A stretch of DNA of 64,000 nt. Origin: Aplysia californica. Taxonomy: Eukaryota. Below, in pieces: positions 1-12,500 of the stretch. The notes under the pieces were generated by a model. It was not told the DNA's origin. It saw only the letters and a list, made by a program, of their open reading frames with translations, and ran no database searches. The translations under genes were made by a program, and so were the position numbers. The stretch spans positions 40,879 to 104,878 of the forward strand of contig NW_004797537.1 in NCBI RefSeq assembly GCF_000002075.1, given 5' to 3'. Positions within the stretch are counted from its first letter, which is position 1, and each line of letters starts with the position of its first letter.

Positions 1-407
1 AACGAATATAATATCACGATCGCGACCGGCAAAAATAAACTTGCTAACCACACCGGACTTGGTTTTCAAATATTCCAGTTCTGCGATTTGACAAAAGATG
101 GGACTTGAGATAGGTTTACTCAATCTCGTATTTTTCGCATTCCAGGATGTGTATTTTTTCATGAAAAGTCGTATTCGCGTATTTTCGGCAAAAAATCTTA
201 CTAAAATACGTAAAATCGTACTGGTTGGCATCTCTGCATTTTCCTGGGTCTTTCCCTGGGCAATATGCAGATTTCCTCAAATTCCCTGGGCATTCCCGGA
301 TCACCTGCAATTTTTTTTTCAAATTCGCGGGTAATTCCCCCCCCCCCCCCCCCCCCCCCCCTCCCCACGGATTCCACGCTGGCAGTCACCCTGTGAATCT
401 TACATAC

Positions 408-582
408 CAAGATCTGCTTCTTTGTCGGAGGGTTGTGCGATAAAGCCGAGGTGAGGAGGAGGGTCTTGACTCAGCCGCTCCTTCTGCGTCTGTGACAGTT
501 CAGACAAGATGGCTGCCGTTTCATTGAGCTTGTGCTGCACAGGGTCTTTTGGAGCTGCAGCACGTTCTGCTTCCTCCGCAGC
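408..582 (-). CDS. BRD7: BRD7/9 exon 13
   Basis: AAEEAE...QHKLNETAAILSELSQTQKERLSQDPPPHLGFIAQPSDKEADL (BRD7 C-terminal coiled region); CAG/GTATG. Confidence 0.92.
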
Positions 583-3500
583 CTGTAAAAGGTTCCAGGG
601 AGAACGGATGTAACACAGCAGTCACAAAGTCAGGTACGTCAAGGTTTAACCGATTAACTGCAAATACTCTTGAGGGAGACTCTTAAACCTTCACAATGTC
701 CTGCACCTTTTCCGTCCTTCAGTTGTGTCTGCCTATCTATTTAACTCGCTCGTTTCTTACACTAGGTGGCTTTTACTCTGCCCATGTGCTTCTCTTTACT
801 CAAGTAAAAAAAAAAAAACAGAACTCTTGGCCAGACAGTTCAAACCATAATATTATCTCAGTTCTCTGACAGACAGAGTTGACACAAATTTAGATACACA
901 CAATCATTATTCAAGTAAATAAACAGTCTCTATTGATTACCAAGTACCCAGTCAGAGCTCACTGAAGTGAAGCAATACGGAAAAGTACCTTTCCTATTGA
1001 TACAACTTTTTCAATCAGAGAGACTTTTAATTGAACCCACAATCACACAAGTGACAGTCTTATATCGTCCCCACAAGACTGGGACCACTTTGATCAGTCT
1101 TTACCTTTCATTATGACACACAACAAGTACAATAGTCACTTCTTTGAGTGAAAAAGAAGCACATCAACAGACTCATAGTCATATATATATACAGTGGAAA
1201 CCATATATAACAGGCCCGGTAATAACAGGGATGCAGTAATAACAGGGATATTTTAAATCCCCGATTTTTCCTACTCTTTGTCTCTATTAAAAGTTATCGG
1301 CAATAACAGGGCCCCATCGGAGCCCAACCGGTTATAGCAGGGACAAAGGCTTGTTAACAATGTGTAAAAAGTAAGAGAGAGAGAGAGAGAGAGAGTAACG
1401 CAGTGATGGAGCCAGCCCATGCAAACCATGCCACTGCAAGCACACACGGCGTGGTGAAGCGAGATAGGGCCACGGTGTACTGCAGACCTCGATCTAGCCC
1501 GAAACCTAGAAACACGCACGCATAATGTGTCTACTGTCACCAACGATGTCAAGAGCAAGAGAAAATGCCTTTTAACTGACCCAAAAAAAAAACACGAAAT
1601 AATCCAGGCTGTTGACAAAAAGCAAGCTCCACGCGTAGAGATTTGTCGTCAGTTCAACATTCCACAAAGGTCGATTCACACCATCATCAAGGATAGAGAG
1701 AAGATAGTGGCAGCATACTCAAATGAAAAGTTTGCTCTGGATCGAAAGAAAACGAGACTACCCGATGCAGTTGCTGTGGACCAAGCTTTTTCTGGTGTGG
1801 TTTAAGGAGGCAAAGAGAAAGTTGGTGCCAAAACCCCTGTTCGTGGGTACTTGTGGCAAAGGAAACTACCCATGAATAAGTACAGCTGGATTAGTCCACA
1901 AATGCTTACTTTCCTTACATTCCTGATTTAACAAGGATCGGATATAACAGGACATTTTCTCTACTCCCACCATCCCTGTTATATCAGGTTTCCACTGTAG
2001 TAATATATAATACAGTATTGCATCTGAAAGATAAGATGACAGACATGGAAAAAAAACAAAGATTTGAAAAAGACACAGATAAAGTACTTGTGTCATGCTT
2101 TAAAAAAATGGATGAACTAATCCCACCCATGAATGTACAGTTCACGGAATCATACAAAAAGATTCCAAACGTGCAAAAAAATATAGCCCTTAATCTGTTT
2201 TCAAGATGGTAAAATGGGAGATATTTTGAACATCTGTACTATTGTGCAATAAAGACAAGTGAAAAAGAATTGTGAAAATGAGTCAAGACTACAGAACAAG
2301 ATTTCCGTTGAAAAATAAATAAGAATCATCAAAACATTGGAAGTAATTTACCTTTTGTGCTTTTGCTATCATTTCATCTTGAAGAGCTTTCTCGGCCAAT
2401 TCTTCCTCTCGTCTTTTCTGTGAAATTGAAACTAACAATATTCATTGCAATCAACATTGCATCCATTAGCAGACAAAAAACGTGAGAAACATTGTTGAGC
2501 AGAAGTCCAAGAGACTACAAAGACTACATTTGGCCAGGAACAGAGTGGACCACTGTATGATATAAAAATTAATAACAACACCCCAAAACAGAAAGAGCAG
2601 ACCATATTATCAGAGCATCAAAAACCGTTGGCAATAAAAAATCACATGAGAGGAAAATGGACCACATGAAAGATCAATATAGACAAAACTACAGAGTTTA
2701 AGACTATCAACACTTTCAGATGTTATAAAGTACAAAACACAATGACCAGTGAGGACCAAATGACAATACTGTTGACAACCAGTTTATAAGCATTCAAAAT
2801 GTAAACGAGCCCACTTTGCCAAAAACAGATTAGGAAAACAGGAACGCGTGAAAGAAGTAGGACGAGCAGATCTCAAAAGAGAGATCCCCCAAATTTCACA
2901 CCGGAGTAACAAACGGTGTGTAAGTTTGACTACAAATGCTACCAGCCACTAGTTCAAAGTACAGACCTCAAACTTGATAAAGTTTCATTCTCTTACTTGT
3001 TCCTCCTGACGCAGTCGAGCCTTAGAGTGTTGACCATTGGTCAGCGTATCCAACAACTTGTCCACCATTTCCACAGCACTGATTCCAGCATTCTCCACAA
3101 ACTTCTGAACACTGAGGAAGCGACCAGAAAGGAAATAATGATACACTTCTGAACAAAACTACAGAAATCATTTCTACAAACAAATAAGAAAGCTTTTAAA
3201 ATTCATTTATTTTCACAAAAAGCCAGTGAAAAAAGAAAAAAAACATTTTTGAACGACAAAAAAAGAAATTCAAAACACACCAAAAAAAAAAACATACCCA
3301 TCTATTCTTATTCTTTGGTTATGAAAACTGAATATAATAATACATTATGTTTAACAGACAAGCATAAAAACACTTTAAAAATAATTAAAAATTTTTTTCA
3401 AAGCAATGAAGTAAGAACGCGTGTGTTAGAGAAGGGAACTCAGGAGGCTACTTGTTCGAAAATAAAGAACCCAATAACACACTCCCTTATCAAACAAAAG

Positions 3501-6500
3501 ACAAAGAACTAATCAACATCAAAACAAAACAAATTTCAATTGCATAATCTAAATCAAAACAGAACAAATTTAACAAAGCTGCACACATTTTAATGCAGCA
3601 AAAATAACATAGGATCCACCTGTTAAAAAATGCCATATATAAAGCATTAGTGTACATTATGAGCATTTTCAGATGATCTGGGCAAAGACTGAGAGACCTA
3701 CGGTTAAGGACTTACCTTTTCGCGTACTGCACACCTGTTTCCCCACCATATGTACCAAGCAGTAAGTCAGATTCCTCTTTGGTGCATGAGGCAAAGGAGG
3801 AATCATAGGCTGGGGCATGAGAGCTGAATGGACCATAGCAGAGGTATGTCTCTGAAAAGCAAAGAAAGAAGAATTTTAAAAAACTATCTGCAAAGTTTCT
3901 TGGTCATATGGAAAGGCATGATGTAAGGACATCACCGAAAATTAATGAAATGGAACTAAACAAGAAATATTCAGACAATACCACACACCACAGAACAGAA
4001 CATAAAAATAAGTCCAAGAAACCCACCTTTTTTTAACTTAGCAATGGACTGAAAAGGAAATTCTCAAAAGCTACTGGACTAACAAGAAGAAGAAATGTTG
4101 ACATTACATATAAAAAAATGCAACATATACTATAAAACAGGAAATAAAAACTATATGAAGCTCACAGAACAATCAACACTCAAGGGTTCTCCTATTTGGA
4201 GAACTAAAACCAGCTATTTTTGTTCCCCTCTCAAATCTAATTCATGTGCATTTAATTTCGGCACCAAAGTTAACACCAGTAAGAACAATTTTCCTCTCAG
4301 GGGACACATAAAAAAGACTTACAGCAGGAAATAGGTTAATAATTTTATTTTTTTTTAAAATCATTTATAAAAAAAATATGATATCTATTTTTAATGCAGT
4401 AACAGTTCATAGAATTAATTTGATCTTCTATTGTTAGAAGACATTCAGTAGCAATGGAATATTTTCTTTTTTTTGTTTTTTGTTTTTGTAAAGCGTTTTA
4501 CGGCGCTCGCAACTGCATAAGGTCATATGAGCGCGCGGGACACACCTAATATTTTCAGTTGGTAGGAAATTTTGAATTTTGCCCGGGTGGCGGCCGAAGC
4601 CTACTCTTATCGATTTTAGATCACCAAAGGATCTTTAATATGCGCAACTAGCACACGGGCCCTCCGAGATTTTTCGCCCTTGTCTGAGAAGGTTAGATGT
4701 AGATCTTTCCTTCCTACCAGAAGATCAGGGGTGTGGCAGAAAGACAGCAGTAAGGAGGAGCCAAGGAGTAGCAGTACAAAGGCTGCAGAAAGAGTCAGGA
4801 GCCCAGAGGAGGGGGCAAAGGAGGTGACGGGGTGGGGGCAGAAAGTGGAAATGAAAGCAGACAACAGAACATTGCAAGAGAGAAGGAAAGGAGGTGAAAG
4901 GAGACAATTTTAGAGAAGAAAATTTTTTGGTTGCTACCCGGATTCGAACCCGGGACCTTTGAATGAGAGGCCAACACCTTAACCTCTAGGCCACGAGAGC
5001 CCCCTGGAATATCTTTTAAAAAACCCAACAAACATACAATAAACATTTTTTTAATGGGTGGAAAAAGTCTTACCTGGACAAACTTTGTTCCTCTTGTCTT
5101 CTTTAAACTTGAACAGAGTTCCTGAGCCATTTTTCAGTTTGCCCATGTAATCTCCAAGACTAATTACTTTCTGAGTGGAACTCACTGAGGAAGACACAAA
5201 ACAAAGCTCATGGCATACCTACGCAAGATCACTATTGTCCAGGGTCAAATTTCAGACCGCATTGAGAAAAATCTAATTTTTCATCAATTTATGTTACAAA
5301 AGTACACGCTGTATTTCCATGACAGAAAGGGTAAAGAATTAACACAAATGTTGTCGTGTGGTTCAGGACAAAAAGGAAAAACCACCAACCAATACCATGT
5401 AAGAAATTGGAACTATGTAGAGACAGACAAATGCGTAATGGAAAGAAACAAAAGCAACCATTCAATCCTTTGAAAGAAAGCTAAAAATTCTGATTGCACT
5501 TAGCTGTTCTTTAACTTACTACCAAAAGGTTTCCGTGTTATACAGAAGGTAATACAAAGAAAATTGGAAGAAATAGTTCATCAAACAGCACTGTCATCTA
5601 TACCCACCTGTTCCATCATTCCATGGATTCAAAATAGTCATTGATGTTGTACCATCCTCTTCTTGGCGAAGAAATCCTAACTGTAAAACCAAAAGAAAAA
5701 AATCAAGTGGCAAGCTTTGCAGTTTGTTTGTTTTTTCAATTTGTCTTAGCTTTATCAGGTATCAACATGAATGCATGAACACTTTTAATTATGAATTAAA
5801 AAAACAAGGACTCTTCAAGTATCTCGGAATTGAAAACAGAAATCCCTTCCTGTAAAAAGCAACTGGTTAGTATTTAAAAATGTCGTAGAATTAGATTAAA
5901 AGGACTGTAACACACAATATTTTCATAATCATTTAATTGTTAAAGACTCCACACAACTTTTCAATAGCTTACTAAAGTGGGAATCTAGATCAGCAAATAT
6001 TTATTGAAAGCCTGAACACAATAGAAGAAAACCCTGGAAAAACAGGGTCCTGCAAAAATGACCTGGCACTGAAGTAAAAAATGGAGGCAACTCACATCAG
6101 TCTTGGGCCTGCGGGTGGTGAGAGCGTGCTTGGCTTTCTGCGCTGCCTCCTGAGCCTGGGCCAGGATCTCCTCTGGAGACATCTCCTCCTCAACCATGCT
6201 GTCCATTTTGCTGGGATCCACTTCCAAACTGAGGGGAAGAAAGCCAGACAAGATTCATAACATTTTTTCTCAGAGAAATTTTCATTTTGTCTTTTCAAAT
6301 TAAGTCAAAGAAAAAGGTAATAAAGGCTTCGGAGGCAGAAATTAGATTTCCAGAAAAAACTGAAATAAGAGCAGAAGGAAATGTAGAAACAGCCTACAAA
6401 GTACAAAGAATAGGGACAACAAATGAACAGAGCTTTACATTTTAAATAGCCACTAGCTGGGCCCCCCTTTCGATGAAAGGAATGATCGATGCATTATCAT

Positions 6501-9500
6501 CAACTGAATATCATTGGTCTACTATATTTACACTCTACTGGAATGGAGCAATAAACCTTGAGAGAAAAGTGACACATGTTTTTCCAAGTTGCCAAATATA
6601 TAATAGATGCATAGATCCTCTATTCCGCTTTTGCGGTTGTACAGAGAAGCGTGTTGATTGTTTCCAGTAGCAAGAAAAAGAATTTGACAAAGGAGTCCAG
6701 AAAAAAACGATGATGGGCATCAAACGAAAGTATCACAGTCGAATTTAGCACCAAGTAAAAAGAAAAAAGAAAACATGAGGCTAGATCTATACGGGTTGCA
6801 CACTTAAAAGTGCTCAGTATTGCGAGACAATGCGCGATAGTATCGAACGGAAGTACGACTTGAAATAAACAAACCTGGCAGATTTTCTAAAGACAGAAGC
6901 GTCGGCCTACAAAAGCAATTGGCGAAATAAAGAAATTTAGCTTTTTGCAGCAAAACTGTCTCAAAACTGAAAAAACGAAGGGCGTCATGATCTGGAGAAT
7001 ATTTTAAAGAATCTTTCGGCGAAAACCGCATGTCGATCGATGCAGCCATTAAAAAGCCTTTTGAATAGCAAAATTCGGCCACCACAAATACATAATAGAT
7101 AATCCTGGAAAATTGCGTACAGATGGTACCCACAACGTTTTGTTTCTTCTCTTACCTGGGTTCATCTTTCAGCTTGTCCTTGGCTTCTTCCACTGGTGGA
7201 ACGGAACTGGGTTCCATAATGTGACCGCTTTCATCAAAACCCAGCTCTTGTAAAGTGATACTGGTCAAAAAGCTCTGAGTCTTCTTCAGATACAACAATT
7301 TTTCCTGAGAAAAATACGGAGCTTGAGATAGAAATTTGTTGTGCATGGCAGAAAAAATAAGAAAGTAAGCCATTTCAAACAATCTAAAATGTTAGCGAAG
7401 AAACTTTCAAGTATTTTATATGCATAAGCCAAATTGCCAAAATACCATAACCAGCAAGAGTTCCCCTGAAAGACTAAACTATTTCTACAAACAAGCCCAA
7501 TTACTGTACAAGTAGGATCTTCCATTAATATGTTTAATGAATCAAAAATTTACACAAATGTGGTTACTCAAACATTGACAGTGAACTCTGCTTTAGCACC
7601 TCACTGCTACGCTATCCCTGAAGCAGATTCAAACATGAAAGTAAAATTATGCTGATTTGTATAAAACCGAGATAAAATTCTATAAACAAAATCTTAGAAA
7701 GGCATGTTATGGACCGAGATCTTTCTCTCAAGTGTCTGCAAACTATTTACGTGGGTGGTTGGCAGGTGCTCTGGTGTGGTCTGCTTCTTCTTTCCTATGA
7801 AACATCTATCGTCCTTATCTCCCCTATTTCTTTTTTATGATTGTTACTCTCTTGTAACACTTTTAATCTTCTGGCGCTTATATGACCTTATGCAGTTGCG
7901 AGTGCCGTAAAACCTCTACTAAAACTAAATTAAAACTAAAAACTATTTATTCTGACATCTGGTTCTGAGTGGCGAAAAAATACTTTTTTGTGTGTCTCTT
8001 TGTGCTAAAATGTCTGGAAACAAACACGTCTGCAGCTGTACACACCACTTCCCAGATAGTTACTAGACACAGGCATATCAGCATTAAAAACAAGATAGTC
8101 ACTGTTATAAAACCAGCAATGTATAGAGTATCCCCCCATGTGGTTAGATGCTATGAAGTGGTGTGTGCTGTGTCGTCTCACAGAGCTCGTCCTAGATGCC
8201 AGGTCTCAGAGGGAGAATCAACAAACAGCAATGATCATATCCCCTACAGTCAAATGTTTTGTTATCCTGTCTGCAGATAAAGTCCAACCTTAATGCATCC
8301 CCGAACGAATAGTTTAGCAATAATGACAGCAGTTTGTCTTTCTTGTAAAAACTAGAGTACAAAGCATGTTAAAATGATAAAAGTTGTTTAGAGCAGAGAA
8401 AAGGCAAGATGGACAAGCACATCCGGCTGCAAGGAAATTTCTTAAAAAGAACTCTTGAGCAACCTGAGTACATCTGAACCCTGAGATCATACCTTGCTTA
8501 GCTGCTTGATTCCCAGATGAAGCAATCTTTTTGCTTCCTTGTAGTATATCGTATCTGGTCGATTGTATGTCATGGCATTGTTGCACATCAGAATGAAGTC
8601 TTTCTATTTAAGAAAAAAAAATTGTTAAAAAAGAAAAGAAACATATTAAGGGTATATGATCATGCAATAACAGAACAGAGAAAAGAATTCAAATCTCTCT
8701 CCAGCAGTACCTTTTTATTCACCACACCGGCAGAATAAACAACTGAAAGTATGACTGACAAGCCCTCATGTTTTGAGGGGCCACCTTTGTATTACCCCGG
8801 TGAAAAAAAAAGTGCGCCATACTTTCAGAACAGGAGATCACAAACCAAAAAGCAAATGAGAATGGCTCAAATGTATGTGACTGTGGACTGCTGCCCGTTA
8901 TATATGGAAAAAGTCATACAGAAGGTACAAATTTGCATTCTTTACACAGATCAAAAAGAGTCTTTTTCAAAAAGCAACTTTTTCGGGGTTTTTTCATTTC
9001 CTAAACCCCTAATATATAGCAATGAAAATAAATTAAATATTAAAATGACTAATCACATTTCAGCACAATTTTCCTACAATATGTGCATTCCATTTGGACA
9101 GACTAACCTTAAACTCCATGACATTAAAGTACTCAGCAGCCTCAATTTTAGCAGCCATAGTGCTGAAGTCCATGGGGCATAGGATGATACTTGAGTAGCC
9201 CGGAGCTATGCTGTCTGTCACAGGAAAGGCAAAGAAACCATTCACATCTTTGCTGAAAGTTGTAAGAGAGAAAACAGGGGTATAAGTAACTCTACATGTA
9301 AGTGAAGAAAATTTCCTCTTTTTCTTCATGCCCTTCCCATTCCAAAGAACTCTGAGTATGATGTAAAATGTCTACATTAAGTTATGGCACCCAAATTTTT
9401 TTTATATCAGATAGAAAATAAATTTACAAAGCACATTCATCGTACCACTAATACATTTTCACTTGTCAAAAGCTGAAAGCACATTTTTCTCAGATGTAAG

Positions 9501-12500
9501 AATAAACAATATAGATTTTTAAATTTCCAAAAACTATAACCAAAACTAAAACGAACAATAAAATTCCTCTTCTGCTTAGGATGCAGTAAAGCAACAACAA
9601 AAAATGAAGTTTTTAAAAAACAATCTTCTTACATTGCATTAGGAAATAATTAAGAGACAAGAAGAAGAATATATTAGGGGAGACATTTACCAGCTTGGGT
9701 TATTTTGCAAATTCAAGGAAGGGATTTTTATCAAGTAGGTGTATTTCTAAAGCACTTGTATTTACCTAAGAAAAATGTATTAGTGTGCAAGTGGGAAGCC
9801 CCAGGGACAGAACAAAGATCCCCAATTCTTTCTCGATAAACTTCAAAGTTGATTCTAAAAAAATGTTTATAGCAATCGTTTAAAAACCTAAGGAAGAGAA
9901 AGTTCAAGGTGGGCCTACAAATGGCAACATGGGAAATCTGCAGTAGAGTGGAATAAATTTCATACTTTAGGTTATCTGATAATCAAGAAAATCTTACTTC
10001 TGCAAATTTTTAAGAAGATAATTCAACATTTGTTTCAATATGGCCCCATCATTGTCTCGAATGGTGCACATTCGAGGCTCCCGAAATTTTCTGCTTGGTG
10101 ATGAGTTGCCATCGGAATCCTCTTCCATCTCATTATATTGATGTGATGTTTCTTCTTTTTCAACTTCTTCTTCGTCATCATCTCCACTTTCATTATCTTC
10201 ATGTGGTCGCTTCAGTGATGAACTCTGTAAATGAGGCAAAAAGTTTGAGTGTCCATTTTGTACAGATTAATATTAATTTTCATGTTCAGATTTATTCCAT
10301 CGAGAGAGAAACGATACTCTGAGCCAGTGCAGACAATACAAATGCAGTGAAGATCACAATGTAATTTAACTGACCAAGGACATTACCTGACTTTTCAAGA
10401 TGAGCACAACTCTTGTCATTATTTCACTGACCCTCATACAATCACTCATTCTTCTGTGTATTCCGCATTCAACTCTAAAAGAACTTTACAAAACACGTAT
10501 CCAACGATTATACATCTCTGAAAAATCCCATCCAAACCACCCAAGGTCTTCAAGTACACGTTATATTTCAATTCCATCAAACTGAAATTCAAACTATATG
10601 TACAATACATTAACGTAACTCTAAATATGCTCATTGCTAATACCCAAAGAACACATTACAGAAGCAATCAAAACAAAGATTTTTTTCTATTTGAGAACAA
10701 CCACAGTTGTTTTCTGATGTAAAAAACAGACAGCACTTATTCTAAAAATATGCCTTTGAAGTTCTTACTTCTTCAGCATATTTGCTCCTCTCTCTATCCT
10801 TGTCGCTTGATTTCTTTTTCTTCTTTTTCTTGTGTTTATGTCTCCGCTCCTCAGTTTGTGGGGAACCAGCTGCATCTGGCAGAGATTCTTGACTTGATCC
10901 ACCTCCTACTTTCAAATTCAGAACTAGTTTCAGAGGTTTTTCTTGAGAGCCATCTGTACATGGAGAAGCAAATCAGCAATAGTTTATAGTGTGAGCTGGA
11001 AAAGTAACTGTATTCAAAGTAAAAAGGATGACAAATACAGAAGAACCTGTCAAAGATAGTAGCCTGTACAAGCAACCACTTCCCACTTCCCCGTAACTGA
11101 TTTTTTTCCTTATATATTATAATGACACAGAGAAAGACGTAAACATGTTTAAGACAACCATTTTTCTCCTTGACAAGGTGTGGCCGTCTTGGACAATTTT
11201 GACTGTACTGTACAGTGAAACCTGTCTTAATGGCAACCTGTCCAATACAAAAACATATCAACAGGGAATCTCCCCTTGATAAATATCTCTATAAAATATA
11301 TCCATCTAAGACAGAAGCCTTCGCAACCTGAAAGCCCGTTGCCTGAATAATTGAAATTTTTTCCCCCAAAGAATACCGACTATCAGGACCCTCAACCCCC
11401 CAAATTCCCTTGGTCCAAGACGGCAAATGTCCAAGACGGAATTTTTTTTCTATCGATCTTGCTATTTGTTACTGCCTACTGCACACCCTTTAATGTACCA
11501 CACAAAGAAATACAGCTCAAATTGTCTGAGACAGCCAGCCATTGTCGAGGAGAAAAGTGGTTGCCCTAGACAGAGGTAGAGATGTCTTACATGATCTTAT
11601 ATAATGTATTTTACCCTATCCGTACGTCATGTTTTACTATGGACTCGAGTCCGAATAACATTTTTTCCTATTCGGACTCCAGTCCGAATAAAAAAATTTC
11701 ATATTCGGACTCGAGTCCGAATAAGAAAAAATGTTATTTGGACACGGGTCCAAAAAAGGAAGTGTCTTCGTTCTATAGATCTAACGTTCAGTGCTTCCAA
11801 TTTTCCGCCATTTTTTAGTTTCCCCCACACCTTGTCTGCTGATCCGATGCCCGCCGCCTCATTGATACGCCCCTCCCACCCCCCCATGTTTCCCACTTTC
11901 TTTGTTGTAGAAAAAGGTAAAATTGAAGATTAGCAGATCTCCTGGCACCTGCATATTATGAGCTCTGTGTAAAAATAAAAGACCAATTCGTTAAAATACA
12001 CAAGCCTGTGTCGTCTCGATTGTTTACCAAGAAAAAGTTGTGTTGCTGTGTAGAGCCGAGCATACGGCAACTTTTGATTCCATAGACCAGCGCACAATTC
12101 ATTACGTAGTTCTACGTCAAGACTATTATTGTAATAATGATCAGTTGCGGGGGGGGGGGGACTGATGCGTATGCGACGTTCAATGCCCGGACCGATAGCG
12201 CTCTCCCCCCCCTTCCCCGACACGTACACACACAGCCACACGTGTGCACGCCGCCCATCCAACCCCGACACACGCTAACGAGCCATCTTTAATTGCTTCT
12301 GATGACCTCTTGACAAATAAACATTTATTAGAAGCGCTCTAACGATTCAGGCGGGCCTCAAATTCATCATAAGATAAAAACTCGGCTCAGGCACAATTTA
12401 ACGCCATTTTGCCCGAAGTGATCCCGGTCTCTACCCGGCCTGAGGCGAGTCACGAGTGAGGCAGGACAGGAAGCAGGAGTCACGAGTCACAGGAAGTCGA

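Noticed and set aside
4930-5004. tRNA-like sequences with A/B boxes (also about 50830-50903 and 39215-39290)
   Set aside because: They are heads of SINEs with bodies, tails and (for 4463-5004) a TSD, not stand-alone tRNA genes.
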